Source of the DNA: a virus
Lineage: Duplodnaviria; Heunggongvirae; Uroviricota; Caudoviricetes
DNA length: 64,000 nt
IMG/VR virus record: IMGVR_UViG_3300021979_000001
Coordinates: 226,948 to 290,947 of that record
Direction: 5' to 3' (one strand)
Positions 8,490 through 18,702 of the stretch are shown here, piece after piece. Position 1 is the first letter of the stretch; each line of letters begins with the position of its first letter. The notes beneath the pieces are model-generated. The model was not told where the DNA came from. It worked only from the letters and a program-made list of their open reading frames with translations, and made no database searches. The position numbers were made by a program, and so were the translations under genes.

Positions 8490-10631
8490 TTAGAATATGG
8501 TTGCGTTTTCCTCAAACTGCGTAAACTTATTTTCCCGCTTGACTAACAAAATTTTCTCTACTCTACCAATCAAATGTGTTTTATGCGAGATCAAGAAAAT
8601 TGACTTGCTCCGATCCCGCGTCATTCCTTTTAGGATTGATAGCGCCATATCAACACCGGCATCATCCAAACCATTGTCAATCAATTCATCGACAAACATC
8701 AGGTTCAGGTTGTCGTTAAGACTTTCCCAAACATCACGAAATGCCCAATGTGTCGCCAGAATAACACGGGTCATTTCACCCCGAGACAATTGTGCAAAAT
8801 CGTAATCCTGACCAAGATCGGTGATGTCAACTGACAAATCAGAACGAAATATCACCGCATGGGGTAGTGCCAACTTTTCCAAATAATGACTTACCCGTGT
8901 ATTCAAATATGCCAAGTTCTGATCTATAATTGCCTTACGCACAAAACTATCTTTTGATGTCAATAACTTATAAAGAAAATCCTGATGCGAAAACAGGGTT
9001 GTTAGTGCATTCAGTTCGGTGTAATTAACCTCCTGGATGGTGGTTTCAAGGGTTGTAACCTGATCGGCATGCGGATTTGATTTATCCATTTCATTTTCCA
9101 AATCCCGAACCAGTGAACTATAATATTGTCTGGTTACGTATAAATCATCACGAGTATCAAACAATGTTTGTGGACGACGTGCCATTTGTTCGATTGCAGA
9201 ATTTACCGTTGCAATCTGTTTATTGCATTCATAAATCAATGATTCCAAATCAGCAATTTTATTTTTAGCTTCGGTCGTTGCTTCTTTGCCTGCTTTGATT
9301 TTGTCATCAATCGCTACCAGCAAATTACTATGTTCTTCCTGGGAATCTGCTAGTTCCTTTTCCATTTTTTCTATATCAGATAAATGACCAGAAATTGTTT
9401 CTTCATGTGTGGCAATTTCGGCTTTCTTTTCTTCTATCGATTTTTCCAATGTAGCAACACGGGCAGTCATATTTTCAATAATGGTATTGTAATGATCGGT
9501 CCCATCAATATTTTGACCACAACACGTGCATGTCAGTTCATTTGGGTTACTCAATTCTTCATTGGCCGTAGCAAGGTCATCTAACATGGACGCCAAGGCA
9601 CTTTTTTTGGCCGTGTGTTGCGTGTTGAGCGTTTTAGTGTGGCCGTATGCTCTTTCAATTTCCCGCGTCTGCCGGGACATCTGATCAACAAGACGACGTT
9701 TATACGTTATGTCTGCGGCAATTTCCTGCTCGTTGCTATTGATACTTGAAATATATTCAATTTCTCGCTGGTGCGTTTTGAGTTCGGTCTCGTGTTCTAA
9801 CAGCAATGCCCGCAAATCCCGCATACCAGTATCATAAACTTCGGCTTCATCGAAAATTTTCAATTCCGCATCAAAATCAATATCAACCAGTTCCGAAATT
9901 TCTTTTTGAAGATTTGCAATAACATGTTCATGATTTTCTTCCCAGTTCTGACTTAATTTAGATTGGGTTTTGATCATTTGTTCTATGCGAGCATTAGCTT
10001 CTAATAATGCAGAAATATTTGCCTCTTGGGTGCGAATGCCATCTTTCGTTTCTGCTATTTGCGCCTTTAGTTCATCAGCACGCATACTGATTTGAGTGAT
10101 ACCAAGTAATTCTTCAATTACTTCCCGCTGTTCCCCTGCTTTTAGTTTGAGAAACGGTTCAGTAAAGGTATTCAAGGCGACAATATGACGGAACATCGTG
10201 TTTGACATACCAAACGCACGTTCAATGTCTTCTTGCGTATGCTTGTTTTCTCCCTGGGCTTCATCAGTGCTGATCTGTTCTTCGTCATCAACGAAAAAAC
10301 GAAGCACATTCGGCTTTCTGCCGCGCTCAATACGATACCGTTTATTGTCGCGAATAAAATCCAGCGTAACCAACATATTCTTGCCATTGATATTGTTGAC
10401 AAGATTATCAATTTTAATTTTTGTCAACGGGGTTCCGTAAAGTGCGTAATTAATCGCTTGTAGAATTGCAGTTTTCCCCGCACCATTTTTTGCATTTCCG
10501 TCGTTGTTATCGATATTTTGACCGATTACCAGGGTCATGTTATTTCCGTCTAGAGAAATCTCATGGGGAACCTGACCAATAGACAAAAAGTTTTGCATCG
10601 AAATCTTTTCAAGTTTAATCATAATACTCAC
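8490..10631 (-). CDS. Rad50/SbcC-like recombination ATPase (T4 gp46)
   Basis: MQNFLSIG, Walker A NGAGKT, coiled coil with zinc hook CTCCGQ, signature LSRGE, Walker B FVDELID, LISH. Confidence 0.93.
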   Translation of the reverse strand: MSIMIKLEKISMQNFLSIGQVPHEISLDGNNMTLVIGQNIDNNDGNAKNGAGKTAILQAINYALYGTPLTKIKIDNLVNNINGKNMLVTLDFIRDNKRYRIERGRKPNVLRFFVDDEEQISTDEAQGENKHTQEDIERAFGMSNTMFRHIVALNTFTEPFLKLKAGEQREVIEELLGITQISMRADELKAQIAETKDGIRTQEANISALLEANARIEQMIKTQSKLSQNWEENHEHVIANLQKEISELVDIDFDAELKIFDEAEVYDTGMRDLRALLLEHETELKTHQREIEYISSINSNEQEIAADITYKRRLVDQMSRQTREIERAYGHTKTLNTQHTAKKSALASMLDDLATANEELSNPNELTCTCCGQNIDGTDHYNTIIENMTARVATLEKSIEEKKAEIATHEETISGHLSDIEKMEKELADSQEEHSNLLVAIDDKIKAGKEATTEAKNKIADLESLIYECNKQIATVNSAIEQMARRPQTLFDTRDDLYVTRQYYSSLVRDLENEMDKSNPHADQVTTLETTIQEVNYTELNALTTLFSHQDFLYKLLTSKDSFVRKAIIDQNLAYLNTRVSHYLEKLALPHAVIFRSDLSVDITDLGQDYDFAQLSRGEMTRVILATHWAFRDVWESLNDNLNLMFVDELIDNGLDDAGVDMALSILKGMTRDRSKSIFLISHKTHLIGRVEKILLVKRENKFTQFEENATIF

Positions 10632-10724
10632 TTATTCAAAAAGTTATTGGTATGCTTTAATTATCTAGCAATTATGACATTGTTAATATGTCAACCAAAA
10701 TATAACAGATGTTGCACAAAAGAA

Positions 10725-11096
10725 TCAATAAATCTGTGGTTTTAAATCGTTATCTACACCATACAATTCTTCAATTAGCTTCCATGCATTTGTGTTCTCT
10801 ATTTTTCTTATTTTGAACCGATAATCACTTGCCAGTCTCATTAGAACTGTATTCGGTTCATCCTCAAACAAAAGAACAGTCATGGTATATTGATCACAAC
10901 CCCATATAACTCGATCTATAAAAACACAGTTTGGGAATAATTCGGCAATGTATTTTACCGATGATAAATCCGCCCCTATTTTCGACATTTGATGGGCTAT
11001 CCATTTATATTCAACGTCCTTGACAACATCAGAATATGAAAATGGGAGATTAGTAAATCCTTGGCGAAATTGATGCAGTAGAACCCGATCAGTCAT
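10725..11096 (-). CDS. Hypothetical protein
   Basis: Coupled ORF (TAATG overlap with the upstream gene). Confidence 0.6.
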   Translation of the reverse strand: MTDRVLLHQFRQGFTNLPFSYSDVVKDVEYKWIAHQMSKIGADLSSVKYIAELFPNCVFIDRVIWGCDQYTMTVLLFEDEPNTVLMRLASDYRFKIRKIENTNAWKLIEELYGVDNDLKPQIY

Positions 11097-11596
11097 TATT
11101 TGGGCACTTGGTTGAATAATTTATTGATGGTGGCTTTGGTCAACTTGCCTTTTCTGTGTAAGGGGCGAAGGGTTGAACCTGGGAAATATCCCATTCTGAC
11201 AATACCATCGTTTAATAATCTTGATGCATCCGCAATTATAAAATTCTTGTCATCTAGATGCTTGTCCATTTCATCCGCATTAAATGTTCTGCTTTTTCCT
11301 AACATTCCACTTGGACAAATATTGATGTCTTTTTTCCCCGACTTCACTTCAATCTTTTCGCCAGTGATTGTGTTTTCAATATCATAGCCTTTCGATTGGG
11401 CATTCAGGACGTAATCAGTGGATGTTTGCTGTAATTGTTTTAATGCAAGCTGTTCAATGGCAAAACCAGTCGATGACCCACGTTCGGTGAAAATCGTTGT
11501 TAAACATTCACCAAGATAACCGGTTTTTTTGATTTCATTAATTTCATTTGATAAATTGTATTCAGTTACATTATTAAGTTGTAAATTTCTTTCCAT
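11096..11596 (-). CDS. PD-(D/E)XK restriction-endonuclease-like protein
   Basis: GFAIEQ...GYDIEN...KIEVKSG pattern (E...D...ExK). Confidence 0.5.
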   Translation of the reverse strand: MERNLQLNNVTEYNLSNEINEIKKTGYLGECLTTIFTERGSSTGFAIEQLALKQLQQTSTDYVLNAQSKGYDIENTITGEKIEVKSGKKDINICPSGMLGKSRTFNADEMDKHLDDKNFIIADASRLLNDGIVRMGYFPGSTLRPLHRKGKLTKATINKLFNQVPK

Positions 11597-11684
11597 AGTA
11601 ATTAAATCTCGTATCTAAGTTGATACAAGTATTCTCTCACATATGATAAGTAAAATGCAAAATTAAAGTAAACAAAAATAGAAA

Positions 11685-12569
11685 TTATTCTGGCGGAACC
11701 ATAGTAAAAATTAAATTGGCATTGCTAGAACATGCCAAATACTTACCATTACCATAACAAACTTCGTTGAAATAAGTTGATGCATCCGAAATATTCTGTT
11801 TCCATGTTAAACCATCGTCCGAAGAATAAACCGATGATGAATTAGTCATAAAAAATTTGGTATTCGCTGACATAAGACTGATTGCGGTAATAGGAGCATC
11901 TAATTGTGTCCAGTTAATACCATTAGTGGTGCTAGCATATTTTAATGTGACGTTTGGTAGTGCTAACAAAATACTACCATTTTGTGCAAATGATGTTACT
12001 GTATTTGTTGAACCTATGTAACTTCGCGACCATGTATTTGTTGGGATTGTTGCTGTTGCGGTTCTGCCCACTACGCCGCCAACTACAAATCTCCCACCAA
12101 TATATGAAGATGTGATGTAAGTATCAGACGAATTAATATATTTTCCTGTCCATGAAACGCCATTAGATGAATAAATAATTGAACCACCATCTATTGTGGC
12201 TATGTAATAACCATTGGCAAAGGTAATACTGTTAATGGTATTACTCGATGTGAATTTGTTATTGGTCCAGGATGTTCCCGTTGTCGAGTTATATAATACA
12301 CCAAGATTGCCAATTGCTGTGAATTTACCATTTGCGTATATTACCCGGTTAAGTGGATATTGTGGCGTAATATTGCGATTAGTCCAAGTTAATCCATCTG
12401 GGGATGTGGCAATCCCTTCTCCAACAGCAACAAATAATCCATTACCATAAGCAACACTATTAACTTTGAATAAATCAAAATCATGTGTTACCCAAGTTGG
12501 GTCAACGGCTTTGCTGTATAATCGTAATCTACCAACGTTTGGTTTTATTCCAGAAATAGTGTATGCCAT
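11685..12569 (-). CDS. Beta-propeller (Asp-box/BNR-like) virion protein, paralogue 1
   Basis: Repeats such as VAYGNGLFVAVG...SPDGLTWT; N-terminus MAYTISGIKPNVGRLRLYSK. Confidence 0.75.
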   Translation of the reverse strand: MAYTISGIKPNVGRLRLYSKAVDPTWVTHDFDLFKVNSVAYGNGLFVAVGEGIATSPDGLTWTNRNITPQYPLNRVIYANGKFTAIGNLGVLYNSTTGTSWTNNKFTSSNTINSITFANGYYIATIDGGSIIYSSNGVSWTGKYINSSDTYITSSYIGGRFVVGGVVGRTATATIPTNTWSRSYIGSTNTVTSFAQNGSILLALPNVTLKYASTTNGINWTQLDAPITAISLMSANTKFFMTNSSSVYSSDDGLTWKQNISDASTYFNEVCYGNGKYLACSSNANLIFTMVPPE

Positions 12570-12607
12570 TTATAATAAATCCTAATCAAATCGTTATATT
12601 GTTATTA

Positions 12608-13498
12608 TTATTCAGGTAGAGACATCGTGTAAATAATGTTTTGGTTATTAGCACAACCAACATATATGCCATTACCATAGCAAACGTCATGCATCCGCTG
12701 GTTCATAACAGTATTGTGCGGGGTCCACTCCAAACCATCATCTGATCCATAAATGGATGTTGCGTTTGATACAAAAAATTTATTGTTTGCGAACAATATT
12801 TTGTAAGACGAAATTGGTGATGTATGAAATTCCCACGACAATCCCGTAGTCGATATACCATAAGCATCGGTTCCATCTAACGTCGAGATCAGTTTGGTTC
12901 CACTATTCGCATAATAAGAAATGGTGTTAACATTGCCGCTGCCGCGAAGCTGCCAGGTTCCGGTTGGCGAAGGTGAAGCATATGAGTATGATCCATTTGT
13001 TCCACCCGCGATAAACCGGTTATTAAAATATGTTAAGGCACCATATGTAGTTGATGAAGTTATGAGTTTTTGATTCCAAGAAACCCCATTGGTTGAGTAA
13101 TATACATATGATATTTGTGGAAGTGTAACGTAATATCCATTAGCATATATTAACGTATTGTGGTTGTAAGTAGATGCAAAACTGTTATTGCTCCAAGTTA
13201 TGCCATTGGTTGATGAATATGATGAACCTAGATCACCAATTGCAGAGAATTTGCCGTTAACATATATTACTTTATTAAGAGGGTTTGTTAGGGTTAATCC
13301 GTTTATCTTTGACCAGTTGATACCATCAGTCGATGTGGCAATACCATTTCCAACAGCTACAAATAAACCATTTCCATAAGCAACACTTCTGACTGTAAAT
13401 AAATCAAAAGTTCGGGTTTTCCACCTAATCCCAACTGGTTTACTGTATAATTTTAGTTTACCAACATTTGGTTTAATTCCCGATATAATATATGCCAT
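12608..13498 (-). CDS. Beta-propeller virion protein, paralogue 2
   Basis: Same repeats and N-terminal motif; late box AATAAATA at 13534-13541. Confidence 0.75.
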   Translation of the reverse strand: MAYIISGIKPNVGKLKLYSKPVGIRWKTRTFDLFTVRSVAYGNGLFVAVGNGIATSTDGINWSKINGLTLTNPLNKVIYVNGKFSAIGDLGSSYSSTNGITWSNNSFASTYNHNTLIYANGYYVTLPQISYVYYSTNGVSWNQKLITSSTTYGALTYFNNRFIAGGTNGSYSYASPSPTGTWQLRGSGNVNTISYYANSGTKLISTLDGTDAYGISTTGLSWEFHTSPISSYKILFANNKFFVSNATSIYGSDDGLEWTPHNTVMNQRMHDVCYGNGIYVGCANNQNIIYTMSLPE

Positions 13499-13564
13499 GG
13501 TTTTTCACTCATTTTCTAACAATGTTGAGTATATATTTATTGATCAACGGTATTGATTTTTTAA

Positions 13565-14446
13565 TTAAATTGGTGGGACCATTGTATATATTTGATTCCA
13601 GTTGCCGGATACACCTACATATCTGCCATCACCATACGTAACATGTTGAAGTGAATTTGATATTTCTGCGGTATGTTGTTCCCATGTGATGCCATCTTCT
13701 GACCAGTAAATTGAACTGTTATCAGAAATAAATAACTTATTATTTGCGCTAACTATACGTTGTATGTTAATTGGAGAATCAATTTGTGTCCAATTAATAC
13801 CGTCATTAGTATGTATATATTTGTGGTTCAATGCGTTTAATGCTAACAGTGCAACGTTATTTGCCGCTAAACTACTAACAGTATTTGTCGATCCAACGTA
13901 ACGTAAATACCATGTGCTTGCTGGTGTTGTCGCTGATGCACATCTACCAGATGTCCCACCTGCATAAAACTTATTATTAAAATATGCTAATGAGAAAAAT
14001 TCATACGAAGAATTAACAATTATTCTGGTCCACCCAACACTTTGTGATGCATATAAAAATGCCATACCCGTTCCAGTCGTTACATAATAACCATTTGCAA
14101 AAATGGTATCATTATAATACCCAGGTGTGCTTGATATACTTGCGTTAGACCATGTGGTTCCGTTAACTGAATAATATGAAACGCCATTTGGTCCCATTGT
14201 GGCGAATTGATTATTCCCATAAACAATTCTATTTGCATTTGGATTTATATTCAGGTTTGTCCAATTTAAACCATCTGCGGACGTGGCAATCCCGTCACCA
14301 ACGGCAACAAATAATCCATTCCCATAAACAACATCTTTCAAAGTAAACATATCAAAATCATGAACTTTCCATGTTGGCACAACTGGCTTACTGAATAATT
14401 TCAATTTACCAACATTTGGTTTAATTCCTGATATGCTGTAAGACAC
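13565..14446 (-). CDS. Beta-propeller virion protein, paralogue 3
   Basis: GTG start; same motif; late box at 14477-14484. Confidence 0.75.
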   Translation of the reverse strand: MSYSISGIKPNVGKLKLFSKPVVPTWKVHDFDMFTLKDVVYGNGLFVAVGDGIATSADGLNWTNLNINPNANRIVYGNNQFATMGPNGVSYYSVNGTTWSNASISSTPGYYNDTIFANGYYVTTGTGMAFLYASQSVGWTRIIVNSSYEFFSLAYFNNKFYAGGTSGRCASATTPASTWYLRYVGSTNTVSSLAANNVALLALNALNHKYIHTNDGINWTQIDSPINIQRIVSANNKLFISDNSSIYWSEDGITWEQHTAEISNSLQHVTYGDGRYVGVSGNWNQIYTMVPPI

Positions 14447-14506
14447 GGTTCATCATCCTGATATTATTGTTTTTATTATTTATTGATAGATGGCTAATTA
14501 TTATAA

Positions 14507-15430
14507 TTAGGTAGATACTGGGGTTAATGTGTAAAATTTATTTTCACCAATCCCACACGCAAGATACATACCATTCCCGTAGCATATGCTGTTAACAATA
14601 GTCGGAGTATTGATTTTGTGTTCTTCCCATGTAATTCCATCATTGGATGCATAAAGTTGGGATGAATCATTTGCCATAAAAAACGTGTTATTTGCATATA
14701 TCATCTTCTTTGATATAATGGGGCCATCAATCCATTCCCAGGTATACCCGGATGATGATTTTGCATATTTTTTGTCGGTATCGTTTGTAGCACCAATAAC
14801 AATAGATGTGCCATTAGATGATAGACTAAGTATTTTTTTGTCTGATGCACCTAATGATCTAGATGCCAAATTTGATAGTGCGGTGATATTGGTGGCGGTT
14901 CGTATTTTTCCGATTTCACCGGAAATAATAGAAACATTTCCTAAATTCGATACAGACGTGAACTCTTGATTAGAAAATGTGCTATTTTGAGTAAACCACG
15001 TTCCGTTTGTGGCGACATAATATCCACCATCACCAACATTAATAAACGTATTGTTACTGGTATTAAAAGAAACATCCAACATATTTGAAATTAATGTTCC
15101 CGAAGTAGTCGATGTCCATTTGGTAGGTATCGAACTATCTTGCACTAATATTTCATTTCCAGAAGTATAACCATAGCCGTTTGTTGATGTATATAAAACA
15201 TGTGTTATAGGATTAGTAAAGACACCCGATGCAGTTCTGACCGTCCAAACCATTCCATCCGTTGATGTAGCAAGACCATCCCCAGCCGCAACAAAAAGAC
15301 CATTATTATAAGTAATGCTGGTTATTGGAAATAAATCAAAGGTATGTGACTTCCATGTAGGCACAATTGGTTTACTGTATAATTTAAGCTGACCAATATT
15401 TGGTTTTATTCCTGAAATACTATATGCCAC
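14507..15430 (-). CDS. Beta-propeller virion protein, paralogue 4
   Basis: GTG start; same motif; late box at 15482-15489. Confidence 0.75.
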   Translation of the reverse strand: MAYSISGIKPNIGQLKLYSKPIVPTWKSHTFDLFPITSITYNNGLFVAAGDGLATSTDGMVWTVRTASGVFTNPITHVLYTSTNGYGYTSGNEILVQDSSIPTKWTSTTSGTLISNMLDVSFNTSNNTFINVGDGGYYVATNGTWFTQNSTFSNQEFTSVSNLGNVSIISGEIGKIRTATNITALSNLASRSLGASDKKILSLSSNGTSIVIGATNDTDKKYAKSSSGYTWEWIDGPIISKKMIYANNTFFMANDSSQLYASNDGITWEEHKINTPTIVNSICYGNGMYLACGIGENKFYTLTPVST

Positions 15431-15555
15431 AATTCAGTTTCCTTTTAAATATGTCAATTGATAGACCCGGATATAATATATTATTTATTCCATACTATCG
15501 GAGAGGTTAGTATACCTTTATCTATCTATGTGGCTGTTGGAATTATGTTGGATAT

Positions 15556-15588
15556 AACAAAATGGGCCACCATAAAGGTGACCCATTT
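15556..15588 (-). terminator. Intrinsic terminator
   Basis: Minus strand AAATGGGTCACC-TTTAT-GGTGGCCCATTT-TGTT. Confidence 0.7.
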
Positions 15589-15695
15589 CGAGGTTATATA
15601 AATCATCAAATAAAGGATTACCCTTTTGCACTCTATGAAGACGTGTGGTAGCCCGTGACATATTTATTTATCTTCGTTATTATGCCATTACGAAT

Positions 15696-16643
15696 TTATG
15701 CGGGTGATACTGCTAATTTTCCGTTGCTACTACCAATATAAAATTTTCCATCATGATAATATGTTGCATTAATAGTAGTATTTCCGAGATTAGAGGTTTG
15801 TGTTGTCCAATCTGCAAGATTATTTGATGTTTTGATCTGCCCGATTGATGATGTTACTGTGTAAATTCCATTACCGAAAGAAATAGAATAGTTATTATAT
15901 GATGCACCGAACGGAGATGTTCTACCAAACCATTGAATACCATCATAGGAAATCGCAATTTTGCCACCTGTTCCACAAGTAACAAATCGTCTTCCGTCCC
16001 AAATAATACTAAGGTAAGAGTCCACGTCGGTAAACACATCATTTGTTGTTAATGTCCAGGTCGAGCCATTATCCGTAGAAATCGCATTAGTCCCGTTAGA
16101 GCCAACCGCAACGAGTTTTCCATCGCCATAAGCAATGTCCTTAAAATCATATTGTGACCCACCGATACCACCATCGGTGTTTCTTGTCCAACTGGTCCCG
16201 TTTGTGGAGGTAAGAAACAGACTGTTATTGCCTACAGCTACATAACTGGTTCCCGTATAGCAAACTCCGAACAGGTAACGCTCAACAGAACTGTATGAAC
16301 GCGGAGTCCAGGATACACCATTAGACGATGTGACTAATGCACCATTTGCACCAACTGCAACGAACAAATTATTTGCGAAAGTCACCCCATAAATAGCTTG
16401 GCTTTGTCCACTCCCACGAGCGACCCACGTTGATCCATCGGCAGATGTTGAAATATTGCCGCTAGCACCAACAGCAACATAAATGCCATTACCATAAGTA
16501 ATGTCTTGAATGCTGTTTGATCCAAACTGTGATGTTTTTTCAACCCATGTTACACCCAGATTTGGAATATTATCATACTTAATTTTCGTATTGATTTTTA
16601 ATCGCCCGGTATCTGGTTTAATGCCTGAAATAGAAAGTCCCAT
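15696..16643 (-). CDS. Beta-propeller virion protein, paralogue 5 (most divergent)
   Basis: MGLSISGIKPDTGRLK; repeats ITYGNGIYVAVG...SADGSTW. Confidence 0.75.
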   Translation of the reverse strand: MGLSISGIKPDTGRLKINTKIKYDNIPNLGVTWVEKTSQFGSNSIQDITYGNGIYVAVGASGNISTSADGSTWVARGSGQSQAIYGVTFANNLFVAVGANGALVTSSNGVSWTPRSYSSVERYLFGVCYTGTSYVAVGNNSLFLTSTNGTSWTRNTDGGIGGSQYDFKDIAYGDGKLVAVGSNGTNAISTDNGSTWTLTTNDVFTDVDSYLSIIWDGRRFVTCGTGGKIAISYDGIQWFGRTSPFGASYNNYSISFGNGIYTVTSSIGQIKTSNNLADWTTQTSNLGNTTINATYYHDGKFYIGSSNGKLAVSPA

Positions 16644-16654
16644 AATAAATATCC

Positions 16655-17680
16655 TTAATTTGATTGAAGGTTTTGGTAAAGGTTAATTAATGTTGATTTA
16701 TCCAAATCATTTGACTGCAATGAATTAATACCATCAATTACGATCTGATCAATTGAATGAAAAGTCATATTTTCCGAAAATGTTAGTGCATCTTCTTTTT
16801 TTGGCTGATTAATCAGTTCAATTTTACGTAAATTATCCGACTCGATAAAGGTATCTTTTATCAACTGTGCTTCTTCATAGCTAATATCAATATCGATGGT
16901 TACACGAGCGGTCAGATTTGGAACAAGCAACCCATCCGGGTTATTAAGCATGCTGCTTAGCTTCATTGTCCGAAATAGTGGTTGTTTGGGCCATGATTTA
17001 AATACAGGTTTGTCTCCATGCGTTAAAAACATCATACCCCGATCTTCATCCCATGCGTCCGAGAAATCAAATGGCATTACGTTGCCCATGTAGACGATAT
17101 TGTTTTTAACTTGACGCATATGAAAATGCCCGGTGAAAACATATTCATTGCCTTCGAACTGGGATGTTTCGGTCCCATGTCCTTCTGGCATTGCTACCTT
17201 GGCATTCATTAAAAATCCGGGAATTTCAAGATGGGCAAAGGTATATCTACTGTTTTTAAGGTCTTTAATTGATTTGTGTTCATCCCCAACCAACCATGGT
17301 AGAAAAGCCACATCATCAATTACGGTAGGATTCATGACAACTTCAATATTCGAGAATTTTTTTGCAAACTCAACCGATGCAACATCGCGTTTGCTACGAT
17401 AAAACAAATCATGGTTGCCAGGGATAAACCACACCTTATCAAATGCCGCATTCAGCATTTCCAGGCCCCGCAAACTGTAATTTAGGGTCAGTGCTTGAAT
17501 CTGGTGGCGATTATCATGCCAATCACCCGCGAAGATACAGGTTTCTGCACCATATTCTTTTGCTTCTGCGATAAACCATTCAAGAAAATCGATATTATCT
17601 TGTAACGATAACTGACTGTTGCCGTTGCGGCCAAAATGAATATCAGTAAACGATACTGCTTTTTTAAATAATTCTGCCAT
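16655..17680 (-). CDS. Mre11/SbcD-like nuclease (T4 gp47)
   Basis: Phosphoesterase motifs FTDIHFG, GDWHD, PGNHD, AHLE and GHFH; start MAELF at 17680. Confidence 0.93.
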   Translation of the reverse strand: MAELFKKAVSFTDIHFGRNGNSQLSLQDNIDFLEWFIAEAKEYGAETCIFAGDWHDNRHQIQALTLNYSLRGLEMLNAAFDKVWFIPGNHDLFYRSKRDVASVEFAKKFSNIEVVMNPTVIDDVAFLPWLVGDEHKSIKDLKNSRYTFAHLEIPGFLMNAKVAMPEGHGTETSQFEGNEYVFTGHFHMRQVKNNIVYMGNVMPFDFSDAWDEDRGMMFLTHGDKPVFKSWPKQPLFRTMKLSSMLNNPDGLLVPNLTARVTIDIDISYEEAQLIKDTFIESDNLRKIELINQPKKEDALTFSENMTFHSIDQIVIDGINSLQSNDLDKSTLINLYQNLQSN

Positions 17681-17761
17681 TAAATATGTTTTCCAATATA
17701 CGATTAAAAATAAGATATACCCAATAACCGGGGGTGAGACCAATATTAAAATGCAAATAAC

Positions 17762-17785
17762 CGGCGGGATAATTTTTATCCCGCC
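17762..17785 (-). terminator. Hairpin downstream of the sigma factor gene
   Basis: GGCGGGATAA-TTT-TTATCCCGCC. Confidence 0.55.
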
Positions 17786-17795
17786 TTGATTATTA

Positions 17796-18593
17796 TTATT
17801 TTACTTTTTTTGGTCTGCCCGGTTTTCCCGGTTTACGGACCGGTTCATCCCAAAATTCAATCTCGTTTTCAACCTGGCGCGAAAATGATGGGGCTTCCCC
17901 TGCAATAATACGCAGTTCATCCCGAATATCTTGATTTTTCTTTTCCAGGTTAAGAATGCGAGTGAAACAATGGCTGATCACCGTTGTATAAAACGAGAAT
18001 GGATTTGATGATTTGGATTCGTCAAATTGTAGACCAACCTGGCATAAATGAGTAATTGCATGTCCTCTCATTTCATCGTTATACGAATATCCGCGCCAGT
18101 TCCCACGAATACTATACTTGTTTACCATGTGTTGGATCATTTTTCCAAGTTTATCGGTGAACCTTCCTTTGTCCGGGGAAAAATTGCCGATTTCAAAGTC
18201 CCCGTCCCAATGTGATCTGCATACCTCAACATATTTCCCGTCTCTGATCACATAATGCTTAAATGGTGGAAATGGAGTTTTTGCATGATTTTTACCGTTC
18301 TTTGCTTTGCGTTTTCTTTCTGGATCAATGGGAATATGATCAAATGTCATTACTCTCCAAATGATGTCTTCATCTGAAAATGTTTCAGGATCAATTGGGG
18401 TTTCTCCTTTTACCGACATAGATGATGCTTTTTCTAATTTTGCTTCGATTATTTTACTCGAAGTAATTTCAGATAAATCATCAATAATAATATCATATTC
18501 TGCGTATTTTGGATCAAGTTGTTCGCAGTATGATTTTTTACTTTTATGAATTTCGATAAGTAAATCTTTGTTGTTAATAAAATTAGTCGCCAT
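17796..18593 (-). CDS. Late-transcription sigma factor (T4 gp55-like)
   Basis: FINNKDLL...GYSYNDEM...QFDESKSSNPFSFYTTVISHCFTRILNLEKKNQDIR; canonical 55-47-46 gene order. Confidence 0.88.
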   Translation of the reverse strand: MATNFINNKDLLIEIHKSKKSYCEQLDPKYAEYDIIIDDLSEITSSKIIEAKLEKASSMSVKGETPIDPETFSDEDIIWRVMTFDHIPIDPERKRKAKNGKNHAKTPFPPFKHYVIRDGKYVEVCRSHWDGDFEIGNFSPDKGRFTDKLGKMIQHMVNKYSIRGNWRGYSYNDEMRGHAITHLCQVGLQFDESKSSNPFSFYTTVISHCFTRILNLEKKNQDIRDELRIIAGEAPSFSRQVENEIEFWDEPVRKPGKPGRPKKVK

Positions 18594-18702
18594 GGGATAC
18601 TTTCAACGTTTTATTATTTTATTACTATACCAAAGGAGTTACTTAAACACCAAATTAATACTTGTTATTTTTGAAAAAAACTTTTATTTATTATTGAAAC
18701 AA

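Noticed and set aside
11685-16643. Diversity-generating retroelement or invertible shufflon explanation for the propeller paralogues
   Set aside because: There is no reverse transcriptase or recombinase in the window and no near-identical template/variable pair with adenine-specific differences; all copies are full-length and co-oriented.
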